NCBI GenBank assembly: GCA_902478715.1 | Contig: CABSMC010000002.1 | Coordinates: 4,313 to 68,312, forward strand | Direction of reading: 5' to 3' | DNA from: an uncultured Adlercreutzia sp. | GTDB lineage: Bacteria; Actinomycetota; Coriobacteriia; Coriobacteriales; Eggerthellaceae | Length of the DNA: 64,000 nucleotides | In this document: piece by piece, positions 9,727 to 20,900 of the stretch | Layout of the letters: each line of letters opens with the position of its first letter | Numbering within the stretch: the first letter of the stretch is position 1 | Translations under genes and position numbers: made by a program | Notes under the pieces: model-generated | What the model was told of the DNA's origin: nothing | Databases searched by the model: none | Seen by the model: the letters and a program-made list of their open reading frames with translations, nothing else

Positions 9727-10136
9727 CAGAACACGCCCGCCTTCACCAGCTCCCGCTGGCGCTGCTGCAGAAAGAAGTCGAACACGGCCATATAGAAGGA
9801 AGCCTCTTCCTGGCACCGCGCCGCCTTCATCATCTCAGTTGGGGGGAGGTGCCCAAACGCGTGCCGACATGCGTCGTACAGATCGTGCGCGCAAGCAACG
9901 GCTTCTGCGCGAGCCGCGGCCGCCGATCCCTGCGAGTGCTCCCCAAGTGCGTCGGCCACACCCACGCGCGGCCTCCCCGCGCGAGGGGAGGCCATCAGCC
10001 TTTGCAGCACGTCCTCTTCCCGAATCATCCACTCGCGGCCGTTCTTCGCTGCAGGAAGACGTCCCTCCTTGATAAGCGCTCGCACCCGGGACGGACTCAC
10101 CCCTAGCTGTCGAGCACTTTCCCCAACTGACAACAT
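9726..10136 (-). CDS. Excisionase-like HTH (HTH_17) DNA-binding protein, candidate antitoxin/regulator
   Basis: MLSVGESARQLGVSPSRVRALIKEGRLPAAKNGREWMI; AGGAGG RBS before ATG 10136. Confidence 0.75.
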   Translation of the reverse strand: MLSVGESARQLGVSPSRVRALIKEGRLPAAKNGREWMIREEDVLQRLMASPRAGRPRVGVADALGEHSQGSAAAARAEAVACAHDLYDACRHAFGHLPPTEMMKAARCQEEASFYMAVFDFFLQQRQRELVKAGVF

Positions 10137-10155
10137 GGCATCCTCCTTCAAACTA

Positions 10156-10177
10156 ATCATTGCGTTAACGCAATGAT
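10156..10177. promoter_or_regulatory. Perfect 22-bp palindrome (operator) upstream of the HTH gene
   Basis: ATCATTGCGTT|AACGCAATGAT. Confidence 0.75.
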
Positions 10178-10261
10178 ATCACAAGGAGAAACCATTCTTT
10201 TACTCAGGCATCACGGGCACCCGCCGCAGAGGCTGCGCGCCTCCACCTTGCAGGAAACGGC

Positions 10262-10945
10262 CTACTCCAGGCCCATCTCCTTCTTCAGGCGGGCCAGATC
10301 GTCGTCGACGGCGGCTTCAGCGCCGGCGGCGGCGTATTTCTTGGCCAGATCCTCGGTGGGATCGGCCGGCTGCTCGGACAGCTCGGCCACGGCGTTGGCG
10401 CGGTCGAGCATCTCGTCAGCCTTGGCCTCCATACGGTCGAAAGCGCTGCGGGCACCCTCGGCACGATCGCCGGCGGAGGTCATCTCGTTCACCTTGGACT
10501 GAGTTTTCGCCACGGCGGCCTTCGCCTTGATGGTAGCCTTCCGCGCGTTCAATTCCTCGATGTCGGCCACCAGCTTGTCGTGCATCTGGCGCATCTTGTC
10601 GGCGTTGGCCTTCGCACCCTCAAAGGCCACCGTGAGTCCCTCGGCGCGTCCGGCCAGCTCCTGCTTCTTCGCGAGGAACACGCGGGCGTCGGCCTCGTTG
10701 CCGGTGGCGAGCGCCTTGCGGGCCAGCTCCTCGTACTTCGTCATCTCGGCCATGTTCTCATCAACGAGCTTCTTGCAGCGCTTCTCCTCGGCCATGACGC
10801 CGGCGGTGGCCTCGCGCACCTCGGCGAGCGACTCGGTCATCTCGCGCAGGTACTGGTCGACCATCTTCTCGGGATCTTCCGCCTTGTCCAGAAGCTCGTT
10901 GATGTTCGCCTTCACGATGGAGGTGAAGCGATCGAGGATTCCCAT
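10262..10945 (-). CDS. pspA: PspA/IM30 family protein
   Basis: MGILDRFTSIVKANINELLDKAEDPEKM; long coiled coil; VDDDLARLKKEMG. Confidence 0.9.
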   Translation of the reverse strand: MGILDRFTSIVKANINELLDKAEDPEKMVDQYLREMTESLAEVREATAGVMAEEKRCKKLVDENMAEMTKYEELARKALATGNEADARVFLAKKQELAGRAEGLTVAFEGAKANADKMRQMHDKLVADIEELNARKATIKAKAAVAKTQSKVNEMTSAGDRAEGARSAFDRMEAKADEMLDRANAVAELSEQPADPTEDLAKKYAAAGAEAAVDDDLARLKKEMGLE

Positions 10946-10994
10946 GTCAGTCTCCTATCTGGCCCGAAGGCCGGGTTGAATACCGCAGCGTCAC

Positions 10995-12128
10995 CTAAGG
11001 CCGCGGCTTCGTCGGCTGCACCGGCGGCGCGTCCGAAGCGCCTGCCTGCGCGTACTTCTTTTCCAAATCCGCCAGCTCGGCGTCGGCCAGCGACTCCAGC
11101 GGCGTGTTCAGAATCTCCTGCATGCGCTCTGCCTCGCGCTGCTGCGCCAGACGGCGGTTGCGCACGACGAGGAACACGACGACGGCCACTATTATCACCG
11201 CCGCGCACACTGCGATGATTGGCAGCGGCGAAGGCGTCACCGTCATGATACGGTCGGCCGTGTCGGCAAAGGCGTCGGAGAAAATCTCCTCTTCCGTGAG
11301 GCTCATGTCGTCGTAGTTCTGGCTGAGGTAGGCTTTGAAGATGTTGATGGCCTCGTCGTCGAGCACCGATCCCGTCATCGCGCCGGCCCAGTAGGCGGCG
11401 TTGAAGCGCCCGTTGCCGTCGTCGCAGAACACGAGCACGAAATGCGCCTGGTCGGTGAACAGCTCGTCGTACTTCTCCTGGGCGATGGACTGCAGCTCCT
11501 GGTAGGAGCGCACCGACCCGTTCGGCAGGATGTACACGTAGGGCTGCACGCCCGTTTCCTCGTAGAAATGGCGCAGGCCGCGCTCGAGCTTGGCCGGGTC
11601 GTGAATCCAGTCGCCGTCCTCGTCGGTGAAGTAGCCGGTCTCGCTCACGGAACCGGCGGGAAGGGCCGTGCGCTCCACCGTGGATGCGGGCACATTCGCG
11701 CCCGTGCAGCTGCCGCCGCCGAGAGCCACCACCAGCAGCAGCACGAGCAGCACGGCCGCAACGATGACGAACACGGTGCCGCATCCGCTGTTGGAGGATT
11801 TGCCCTGAGAGGAGCCGGGTTGCGGGCCATTGCCGCCGGGGCCGCCGCCCGATCCGGGCTGCTGCGGGCCGCTCGGCTGCGGGGACATTTGCGGCGGCAC
11901 CGAGCCGCCACTGCCACCTCGGCTCGAGCCCATCAGGCCGCCAAGGAAACCACCCCAGAAGCTGCCGCCTCCGAAGCCTCCCCCGTAGTAGCCGCCGCCA
12001 TGGTAGCCCCCGCCGAAACCAGAGCCGCCGTGGCCGGCCGAGCGGCCGCCCGATCCCGAGCCGCCGGAAAAGCCGCCGCCGAAGCCGCCGCCTCCCGAGA
12101 AGCCGCCGCCTCCGCCTGATCGTCCCAT
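10995..12128 (-). CDS. Membrane protein with Gly-rich N-terminus and TPM-like extracytoplasmic domain
   Basis: Gly/Ser/Phe-rich N-terminus; two TM segments around a YFTDEDGDWI...FYEETGVQPYV domain. Confidence 0.65.
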   Translation of the reverse strand: MGRSGGGGGFSGGGGFGGGFSGGSGSGGRSAGHGGSGFGGGYHGGGYYGGGFGGGSFWGGFLGGLMGSSRGGSGGSVPPQMSPQPSGPQQPGSGGGPGGNGPQPGSSQGKSSNSGCGTVFVIVAAVLLVLLLVVALGGGSCTGANVPASTVERTALPAGSVSETGYFTDEDGDWIHDPAKLERGLRHFYEETGVQPYVYILPNGSVRSYQELQSIAQEKYDELFTDQAHFVLVFCDDGNGRFNAAYWAGAMTGSVLDDEAINIFKAYLSQNYDDMSLTEEEIFSDAFADTADRIMTVTPSPLPIIAVCAAVIIVAVVVFLVVRNRRLAQQREAERMQEILNTPLESLADAELADLEKKYAQAGASDAPPVQPTKPRP

Positions 12129-12138
12129 GGCCGCGAAC

Positions 12139-12609
12139 CTATTTCACAATGAGCACGGGCACGTTGGTCTTATGCAACACGGAATAGCACACGCTGCCGA
12201 GCATGCCGCGCACGGCGCCAAGGCCGCGGTGGCCCATAACGATGCAGTCGTAGCCGCCCTCGTCGGCGTAAGCGGTGATGGAATCGTGCGGCGAGCCGTT
12301 CACCACGGCGATGCCAATGCCCTCGGCGTCGCCCACCAGAGGCGCGATGTTATCGGCAATGGCGTCCATATCGGCCTTGATGGCCTCGTTCTCCACTTCG
12401 GAGATCACGTCCATGTCCATGGTGTCGCCCATGACGCCGGACATGCGCGAGGCAATTTTGAAGGTCTCGGCGTTGAAGTCGTGCCAGTCGACCACCGACA
12501 GCACGGTGATCTGGGCGCCAGGCACGCCGGCCGCCAGGTCGAGCGCCGCGGCCAGCGCGTTCTTCGCCGGGTCGGACTTGTCGTAGGGAACGAGAATCTT
12601 CTTGTACAT
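12139..12609 (-). CDS. Universal stress protein
   Basis: MYKKILVPYD, DCIVMGHRGLGAVRGMLGSV; GGAGG RBS. Confidence 0.9.
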   Translation of the reverse strand: MYKKILVPYDKSDPAKNALAAALDLAAGVPGAQITVLSVVDWHDFNAETFKIASRMSGVMGDTMDMDVISEVENEAIKADMDAIADNIAPLVGDAEGIGIAVVNGSPHDSITAYADEGGYDCIVMGHRGLGAVRGMLGSVCYSVLHKTNVPVLIVK

Positions 12610-12923
12610 GGGGGGCCTCCTTACCCTCGCGGCACCACAAGCGACGACGTCCGCGAACTGCAAGCTTATCAGCCGAATGCAGCTTGCGTACTCGAGCATC
12701 GCCGGATAATGCTTACCCTGCGGCTCATCCTAATGAGCCACTGCCATTTTACCACGGGCCTTTTCCGTTCCCCCGCCGCCGTCCACCTGTAGACGCGACG
12801 TTACGCGAGGCCGATTTCGACAGCAAGTCACCGATCGCACTCTCCTGCCGGAGCTCCACCAGCGCTTGCCGCCTTCAACACCTATTGGGTTAACGCTTTA
12901 ACAGCAACGGACGAAACGAGGGA

Positions 12924-12962
12924 CAATTGAGTTAAATTCGACCCCTATTTTTAACTCAATTG
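12924..12962. repeat. 13-bp perfect inverted repeat (terminator or operator)
   Basis: CAATTGAGTTAAA (12924) / TTTAACTCAATTG (12950). Confidence 0.55.
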
Positions 12963-13029
12963 CGTTCCGTACCCGCCTATTCGGTTGAAAAGCGCTGGCT
13001 TGCGTACCGCTTCGCAGCGCGCCCGCCTC

Positions 13030-14682
13030 CTACCGCGGTTCCTCGTTGTTGAGAAGGCGGTGGCGGGATACCAGGATGTGGAACACCGTGTAGGCGCCCA
13101 GCACGAAGGCGCCCACATAGCCGAGCACGCCGAGCAGGGGCACGCCGAGCAGCTGCGGCTGCATGGCCGTGGTGCACAGGATAGACGAGCCCAGAAACAG
13201 CCCCGCCGACAGCAGCGCCAACGATATGCGGCCCACTGAGGCGTAAGCCGTGGCGAGGATGCGCGAGGACACTTCGATATCGCCGTTCACCTTGATCTGC
13301 CCGCGATCGAGCATCTCCAACGTGTTCGACAGCTGAGTCGGCAACTTCGCCAAGGCCTCGGCCGAAGCGGCGCTCGTCGTGGCAAGATCGATCAGCTGCG
13401 TCGCCAAAAACTTCGGGTCGGCCTGCTGGGCGATGACGTGCTTCGACACGATCTCGATGACGCTGATATCGGGCGCCACCTGGGCAATGACCCCCTCGAT
13501 GGTCACGAACCCGCGGGCGAGCATGGTCACCGACGAGGTCATCATCATGTTCTGGCCGCGCAGCACCTCAATGACCTCGGTGAGCACGGTGCCCACGTTG
13601 ATCTCCTTCATCTCGGCCGTGCTGTACTCGGCGAGCAACCGCGAGAGCGCCTCCAGCAGCGCCCCGTGATCCACCGGCCCCAGCACGTGCACGAGGCCCA
13701 TCACGGCTTCCTTCAGCAGGTAAGCGTTGTCGGTGGCCACCGCCGTGAACACCTTGCCCACGAGCATCCGCTCCGACACCGTCAGCGTGCCCACCATACC
13801 CAGATCGATCCAGACCACGTCCCCGTCGCGCACAAGGATGTTGCCGGGATGCGGGTCGGCGTGGAAGAACCCGTCGTCGAGCACCTGGGTCACGTAGCTT
13901 TGGCACACGCGGCGCGCCAGCGCGTTCACGTCGACGCCCTGCTGGCGCAGCTCTTCGGTGTGAGAAATTTCCGTGCCCTGGACGAACTCCATGACGAGCA
14001 CCGACTCGCACGAGTACTGCGGATAGGCCACCGGGGACGTGACCCCCTCTTCGTCGGCCAGCTCGTCGTGGAAGCGCATGAGGTTGTGCAGCTCGGAGGT
14101 GAAATCCACCTCGCTGGCCGTCGTGCGCTCGATTTCCTCGATGAAACCCTCGAGCGACAGCAGAATGTCGCGATGAGAATTGGAAGCGAACTCGCCCAAG
14201 GCCAGCAGGTGCTTCATGAGCATGATGTCCTCGGCCATAGACTCAGCCACGCCCGGGCGGCGCACCTTCACGGCCACCGTCGTGCCATCGAGCAGCGTCG
14301 CCTTGTGCACCTGAGCGATGGAGGCCGCGCCCAAAGGCACCGGATCGATGGAGGCGAACACCTCGTGCCACGACTTCCCATACGCGCGGTCGATCTGCTC
14401 GATCACCACGTCGAAGGGCATCGGGTTCGCATCGTCACGCAGTTTCTCGAAGGCGTCGCAGTAAGCCTTGGGCAGCAGGTCGGAGCGGTTCGAGGCCAGC
14501 TGGCCGATCTTCACATAGGTGGGGCCGAGGGCCTGCAGCACCTCCACCGCCTGGGCGGGAGTCAGCCCATGCAGCACCTTGTACTGGCGCATGATGCGCA
14601 CGATCTCGTTCATGCGCGCATGAGAGGTCTTGTCCTTGAGGGAAATCTCGGCAACCTTCATGAACTCTTCGAACGTGGCCAT
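13030..14682 (-). CDS. ABC1/AarF/UbiB-family atypical kinase
   Basis: LGPTYVKIGQ, AASIAQVH, VAVKVRRP, FHADPHPGN, IDLGMVG; C-terminal TMs. Confidence 0.9.
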   Translation of the reverse strand: MATFEEFMKVAEISLKDKTSHARMNEIVRIMRQYKVLHGLTPAQAVEVLQALGPTYVKIGQLASNRSDLLPKAYCDAFEKLRDDANPMPFDVVIEQIDRAYGKSWHEVFASIDPVPLGAASIAQVHKATLLDGTTVAVKVRRPGVAESMAEDIMLMKHLLALGEFASNSHRDILLSLEGFIEEIERTTASEVDFTSELHNLMRFHDELADEEGVTSPVAYPQYSCESVLVMEFVQGTEISHTEELRQQGVDVNALARRVCQSYVTQVLDDGFFHADPHPGNILVRDGDVVWIDLGMVGTLTVSERMLVGKVFTAVATDNAYLLKEAVMGLVHVLGPVDHGALLEALSRLLAEYSTAEMKEINVGTVLTEVIEVLRGQNMMMTSSVTMLARGFVTIEGVIAQVAPDISVIEIVSKHVIAQQADPKFLATQLIDLATTSAASAEALAKLPTQLSNTLEMLDRGQIKVNGDIEVSSRILATAYASVGRISLALLSAGLFLGSSILCTTAMQPQLLGVPLLGVLGYVGAFVLGAYTVFHILVSRHRLLNNEEPR

Positions 14683-14964
14683 GGGCGCTCCTCCTTTCTG
14701 GAAAGCCCATGGTACCGTGCGAAATGAGAAGCAATCCCCTCATCAATTCACCTGGCATCAAGCTGTTTCCCGTAAAAATGCGAAAAGCAGGAGGCTCATG
14801 GGTAATCAGGATTCCATGAGCCATCTGCTTTCTCGGGAAAGGCAATTTGCGAAGGTGGGCCCGCCATGATTGGCGAGCCCACCTGGCAGGCGCCCGGTAG
14901 TAGAAGAGGCGCCCGATCAAGCGGCCCCAGGGTGTGGAAGGGCCGCCATGATCATCGATATGCG

Positions 14965-17900
14965 CTAGCGTGCGTGCTTGCCCGCCTTCGCGCGGCGCGT
15001 GCGCCGTCCGGCGCCCATCGCCACAACAAGGCTCGCCATCGCCAGCAGCGCCATAGTCGCCATCAGCGGCATGAGCTGATCGCCGGTTTGCGAAAGACGC
15101 GTCTTGTCGCCGTCAGACTTACCGCCCTTGTCGTCAGAGCTGCTCTTGTCACCGGCGCCAGCCTTGTCGTCGTCCTTCTTCTCCTGATCCTTGAGCCACT
15201 GAGCGTGATCAGGGTGTCCCTCGTCCTCAGGGCCGTAGGAGCCGTTGCCGTCGGTGTCGATATTCTTATCCGGAATACCGTCGCCATCGGTGTCGATGTT
15301 GATATCGGGCTTGCCGTCGCCGTCGGTGTCGACATTCACATCGGGCTTCGGCGCCGGATCGGCCTTCGGATCAACCGGATCGGGAACGCCATCCTTGTCC
15401 TTGTCGACGATGTTCAGGTCGGGCTTGCCGTCGCCGTCGGTGTCCACATTCAGGTCGGGCTTGCCGTCGCCGTCGGTGTCGATGTTCACGTTGGGCTTCG
15501 GCGCCGGATCGGCCTTCGGATCCACCGGGTCGGGCTTGCCATCCAGGTCGACGTCGACAATGTTCGTATCCGGAATCCCATCGTCATCATTGTCGATGTT
15601 CACGTCCGGCTTACCGTCGCCGTCGGTGTCCACGTTGGTCGTCGGCGTCTTCGGGGAATCGGGATCCTTCGGGTCAACCGGGTCGGGCTTGCCGTCGCCG
15701 TCGGTGTCGACGATATCGACGTCGGGCTTGCCGTCGCCGTCGGTGTCCTTGTTCACATCGGGCTCACCATCGCCGTCAGTATCCACATCGGTATCGGGAA
15801 TGCCGTCGCCGTCATTGTCCTTGTTGATGTCCGGATCGCCATCGCCGTCGGTATCGATGTTGATGTCGGGCGTACCGTCGCCGTCGGTGTCGACGTTGTT
15901 GTCGGGCTCACCATCATTGTCGGTGTCTTCATTCAACAGGATGGTTGTAACCGTAACATTATGGTCAGCGTTGATATCGTTGAAGCCCTTCGAACCCGTC
16001 GAGCGATCGGAAACTTTGTCGCCCTCGTAATTGAAGGCATCGTCGCTCTCCTCGGCATCATTACCGTCTACGTTGACATTGATAATGTAGGGCTTGTTGA
16101 GCACCTTGGTCGTAGTATCGTCGGTTCCCTCGGTGCCATCGCCCTCGGCAAGTGCCACAGGTTCGGCATCCTCCACGATGCTCCACGTAACCTCATGGTT
16201 CGCGCCAGCCTTGAAGGACTTCGTCGGCGTAATTTCCAAGTGACCGTATCCTCGCACGTTGGTCGTCACCGTGTAACGCGGCTCAAATCCACTGGGCTCC
16301 AGGGGTGCCGAAGCCGTGGGCTCCAGCACAACGGTAATCACTCGGTTGCCCGTGATGTTGGAGACGGTGTAGGTCGTACCAGAGGTCTTCTGACCATCAA
16401 CGCTCGTCACCTTGTAGCCATCGAGGGCTTCCCAGCTCAAGTTAGCAGAACCGCCGTCGGCCACAAAGCCCTCGCCGTCAGTCTTCGGAGCCTTGGCGAT
16501 CTCGTTGCCGTCGGCATCCACGAACTTCACCGTCACCTTGTGCAACTTGTCATCCTGGCGATCGGACACCGACTTCTTCGTATCGTTATCGTCGGCCTCT
16601 ACGGGCACGAAGTGCACAACCACCATTTGATCCTCGGTGATGTTGGTGATATTGACTGAGAAGTTGTTGCCGCTCTTCGAGGGCTCGGTGAATACATTGG
16701 CCGTGGCATCGGCACCATTGGTACCAGCTGCATAGGCCTCTTCCACAAACAAGCTGGCCAAGCTGAAGCTTTCGGCAGACTGAGCCGCAGGCTCATCGTC
16801 AAACTCGACTACCACGTCGGGCTCAGGCTCAGGCGCTGGCTCGGGCTCGGGCTCGGGAGCAGGCTCGGACGCGCCGGTGTCTTCCGCGCTCGCGGAAGAG
16901 TCGGGGTCTGTCGCAGTGCTGCCATCGCCTTCGGCGGTCGAACCCTCATCCGCCGGATCGACGCCAACAGCATCCTTAGTCGTATCCACCGCGTTCTGGG
17001 CATTGTCGGCAACACCTGCCGCCACAGCCTTGTCGGCACCGGTAACAACCTGCGCCTCATCGGCTTCGAGGGCAAGGGCAGCGGTCTCGGCCTCAACCTC
17101 GGCCGTCGCCGGAGCTGCTACCTTGCCGACGATCTTCTCGGTGACCGTGCCGCTCTTGTCGATGATGTAGGTGAACATCGTCTCCGCCGAGCCGGGTTCC
17201 GCGCTCTCGATGGCCCGCTTATCGGTCACCTCGATAGCGCCGACTCGATAACCGCTCTTGGGTTTTGCCACGATATTGTTGTAGTTGCCGTACAGGCCCA
17301 CCGTACGTGACTGGGCAATGGTGCCGCCGTCAGTGGCGGCAACAGGCGTCGTTGCCGTCGGGTTGGAGGTAACCACCAACGTCTCCACCTTGTTGACCAC
17401 CGGCTTGACGTACACCTTGACGTCGGCATCTTCCTTAAGCGTCACCTTGACTTCGGAATTGGTCTTATCGACCACCGCGTTCTTGTCGCCGGCGACCTCG
17501 ACCTTATCCACCTCGTAGTACGTATAGTCCTCAGCGTCGTACTGATCGGAATTCTCAACCTTGTAGGTAACCGTGTGAGTCTGATCCTCGTCGGTCTTCT
17601 TGGCCACGAAACCGCCGTCGATCTCGCCAGCACCGCCGATGATCTGGGTGGTCACCTTGACCCATTCCTCAGGATCGGAGAAGTCCGGCACCACGTAGCC
17701 CTCGGGAGGGCTGGTCGGATCGGTCGGTGTCGGGTCGGTGCCCGGCTCATCGCCGCCCTCGTCGGCCAGCTCGTAGAAGTACACGTCTACCACGTGGTTG
17801 GCGTTCTTGCCAAGCCCGTAAGACGAGGCATCCTTTACTTCTTTCGCCTTGCCGGCCGTATCGAGACCGCCTCGAACAGTCTTGCCGTCAATCTTGATCT

Positions 17901-20900
17901 CGTAAATCTTGTACTGCGAATCGGCCTTGTTCCACGTAAACTGCCAATCCCGATTCCGTTCCTCATCGTTTAGATAACTCTTATTGTAAGGGATGGTCTT
18001 ACTGGCGGTAGTTTGGTACTTGTCATCTCCGCCGTAACGATTAACCGTGATGGTGTAGTAGCCGTCGGTTTCCTGGCCGCCCACCGTGGGCATCACACTG
18101 CTGGCCACGTACACGGCAACCTTATGATCAGCCGCAAGGCCCTTGAAGCTGAAGCTGTTCCCAGTAACGTCAACTGCCTGGCCATCAACTTCGACCTTCG
18201 TCACGCGGCACTTGCCGCACACATCCCACGAAATGGTGGCATCGTCGCCCGCCGTCACCGTCTTGGTAGGATCGATAGAGCAGTCACCCGCGCGGTCGCC
18301 GCCGTTGCAGCCGTGAATCTCGGTCGTCACGGTGTAAGCCTTGCGGGGCACATCGGGCTTGGGAGTAGGCGTGGGCGTCGGGTCATCAGGGTCCGTCGGG
18401 GTAACGGCATCCTTGGTGAACTCAACCACGACGTTCACGTTGGCCGTCAGGGGGCTCTCCACCTTGTAGGAGCCTTGCGAAATCAGGTCGTCGCGCACCA
18501 CGCCATCGACCATCACCTTGGAGACATGGCTGCCATTTGCCGCCTGCCACGTCACCGTCGGCTGCGTGCCCTCCTTCTGCTTCAGCGCCGGCGAAACCGT
18601 GCCCGTTCCAGAACCCTGAGAAGTCACATTCACGTTCAGGTAGCGGTCGTAGTACAGACTCAGCTCCAGCACGGGACTGCCGGTAACCGTACCTTCAAGC
18701 ACGTTGTTCGCGCTATCCGGATTGAACCAATAGGCCGCACCCTCGTTGGTGATCTCCGCCTTCTTGTCCACTTCGGCTACCGAAACCGTCTGCTCGGTCG
18801 TTCCTGTATACGTCTTGGTAAGGGAGGTCACTGGGCGATACACCACGTTGCCCTGGGCGTCCTTCGTACCCGTGTTGTACAGGTAACGCACCGTATAGTT
18901 GGTATCATTGCGCGGCGTCCATTTGGCCATAAAGGTATGGTTCGTCTTCTGGAGCACATTGCCCTTGCCGTCGGTCGGCGTATCGGCCAACGTGTATTCG
19001 CCCGTCTCCTCATTCGTGACGGTCTTCAAGTACCAACCTGCAAAATCGTAACCCGTACGCGAGGGCGTGGGGAATTGAGTAAGAGAGGTCGTCGGATAAG
19101 CGGTCGTTGTGGAAGTCGGGTAAGCGATGTCGTTCACGCGACTACCACCAGCGGAATCAAAGGACACGATGAACTTGTTCGTGTCATACTTCCACATAGC
19201 GTACAGCGTCAAATCGTGCGAGGGCATCGCGGGAGCCGCACCGGCCGTAGCCGACGAGCCCGAAGGCACCTTGATGGCATTGGCGTAATTGTCCATGGGG
19301 TTCTTGGTGGTCGACCATCCCTGGAAGATGTAACCGGGCTTGGTGGGAACACCACGTCCGGTAACCGGGATGTTCAACGTTCCAACGTTAGTTCCGAAGG
19401 CAACATCGGCGATCTCCCGAACATTGCCCAGTGCGCCGCCGTTGGCATCGAAGCGCACCTTGTAGTTGCCCACTTCCCACTGAGCAACCAAATAGTAATT
19501 GCGCTTGACAACGTTGGCGTCATCGTTGGGGTTGCCATCGGGGTTCTTCAGAACAAGCGTCGCCGATTGGTCAGCAGGATCAATCAACTGGGACGGCGAC
19601 GCCGAAGTAGTACCGGCATCTTTGTTCACCAGTTGGGCCGAAGCCGTATCGGAGTCAGCCTTCACCAGCTTCCAACCCGTGAAGCTGTAACCCTCGCGGG
19701 AAACCTGGATGTTCTGATCCTCGATCTTGGTCTGGATGCTGTTGCCCGAAACAACCTGACGTGTTGTGGAGTTCACCTGACCGCCCGTCGAGCCTTCAAT
19801 GGAGCCGCCGTTAGCAAGATAGATAAGGTTGGCATATGCCTTGGAATAGCTCGGACGAATGACAATCGTGTGGTCGTCGGGAACGGGAACGTCGGTGCCG
19901 GGGTTAACCGGATCGCCACCATCACCCGTCACCCAACCAGAGAACTTGTCGTCGGGATCCTCCGGATCATCGAGGTCGCCCTCATCAGGAAGCACAATAA
20001 TGGGCTTTTCGCCAATAACGATGTAGTCGTCAATAGGATTGCCGTCGGGATCTTGCACCACAACGCGCGTCGGCTGGAACACCGCCTTTTTACCCACATT
20101 GCCGCATTCGTCGCGCACCCACACAACAACCGGCTCCACGTCTACCAGATCATAGTCGAAAGAGTACTCGTGGACGGGAGCGCCGATGATCTCCCAGTCG
20201 TCTTCAGTCGGCGTCGCGTTCACGTCGTTGGTCACCCAATAAGCCGCTACGCCGGAGCCGCGGTTATCCTCGATGAACGTGATGCCGTCATCGTCGATGC
20301 CCATGCCGGTGTCGGTCAGCGTGATAGTGGCCACGTTTTTGGCAGTATTGGCGCCCTCGATATAGGGCTCCTTCTCATCGAGGAAGACCGTGAGGAAGGT
20401 TTGCGATGCCTTGGATTCGTTGCCCTTCTGATCTTTGACAGTCAGTTCGAAAATCCATTTTCCCGACGTACTCTTGTTGGTAAAGCTATACGGGGTAATG
20501 GCCTTGGGATCGGTTTGCCAGCCACTGTCATAAACCGTCTTGTTCTCCGGGTCGTAAATCTTACCACGCCACTGAGCAATAGAGCCATCTGCGCCAGCAA
20601 GGGTTCCGGGCTTCGACTGATCCACAAAGTAGACCGGAACGCTCTGTCCATCAGCAAGATGCTTCTGGTGCACCGTCATCAACTGATTGCCCGTCTCGTT
20701 GTTAATGAGGTAGAAGTTCGCCAGCGGCAGCTCAGACTGAATAGGTGCCTGGTTGAACTTCTTACCTTCGACGTGGTTTTTGTAAATGTACTGGGCCATC
20801 TGGGTAACATAGTCATCTTCCATGGCGATAAGGCCATTGTCAGCACCCAGACCCTGATGGGTGACGTTGCCCGCATTGTCTTTGATGGTGTCAGTAACGA

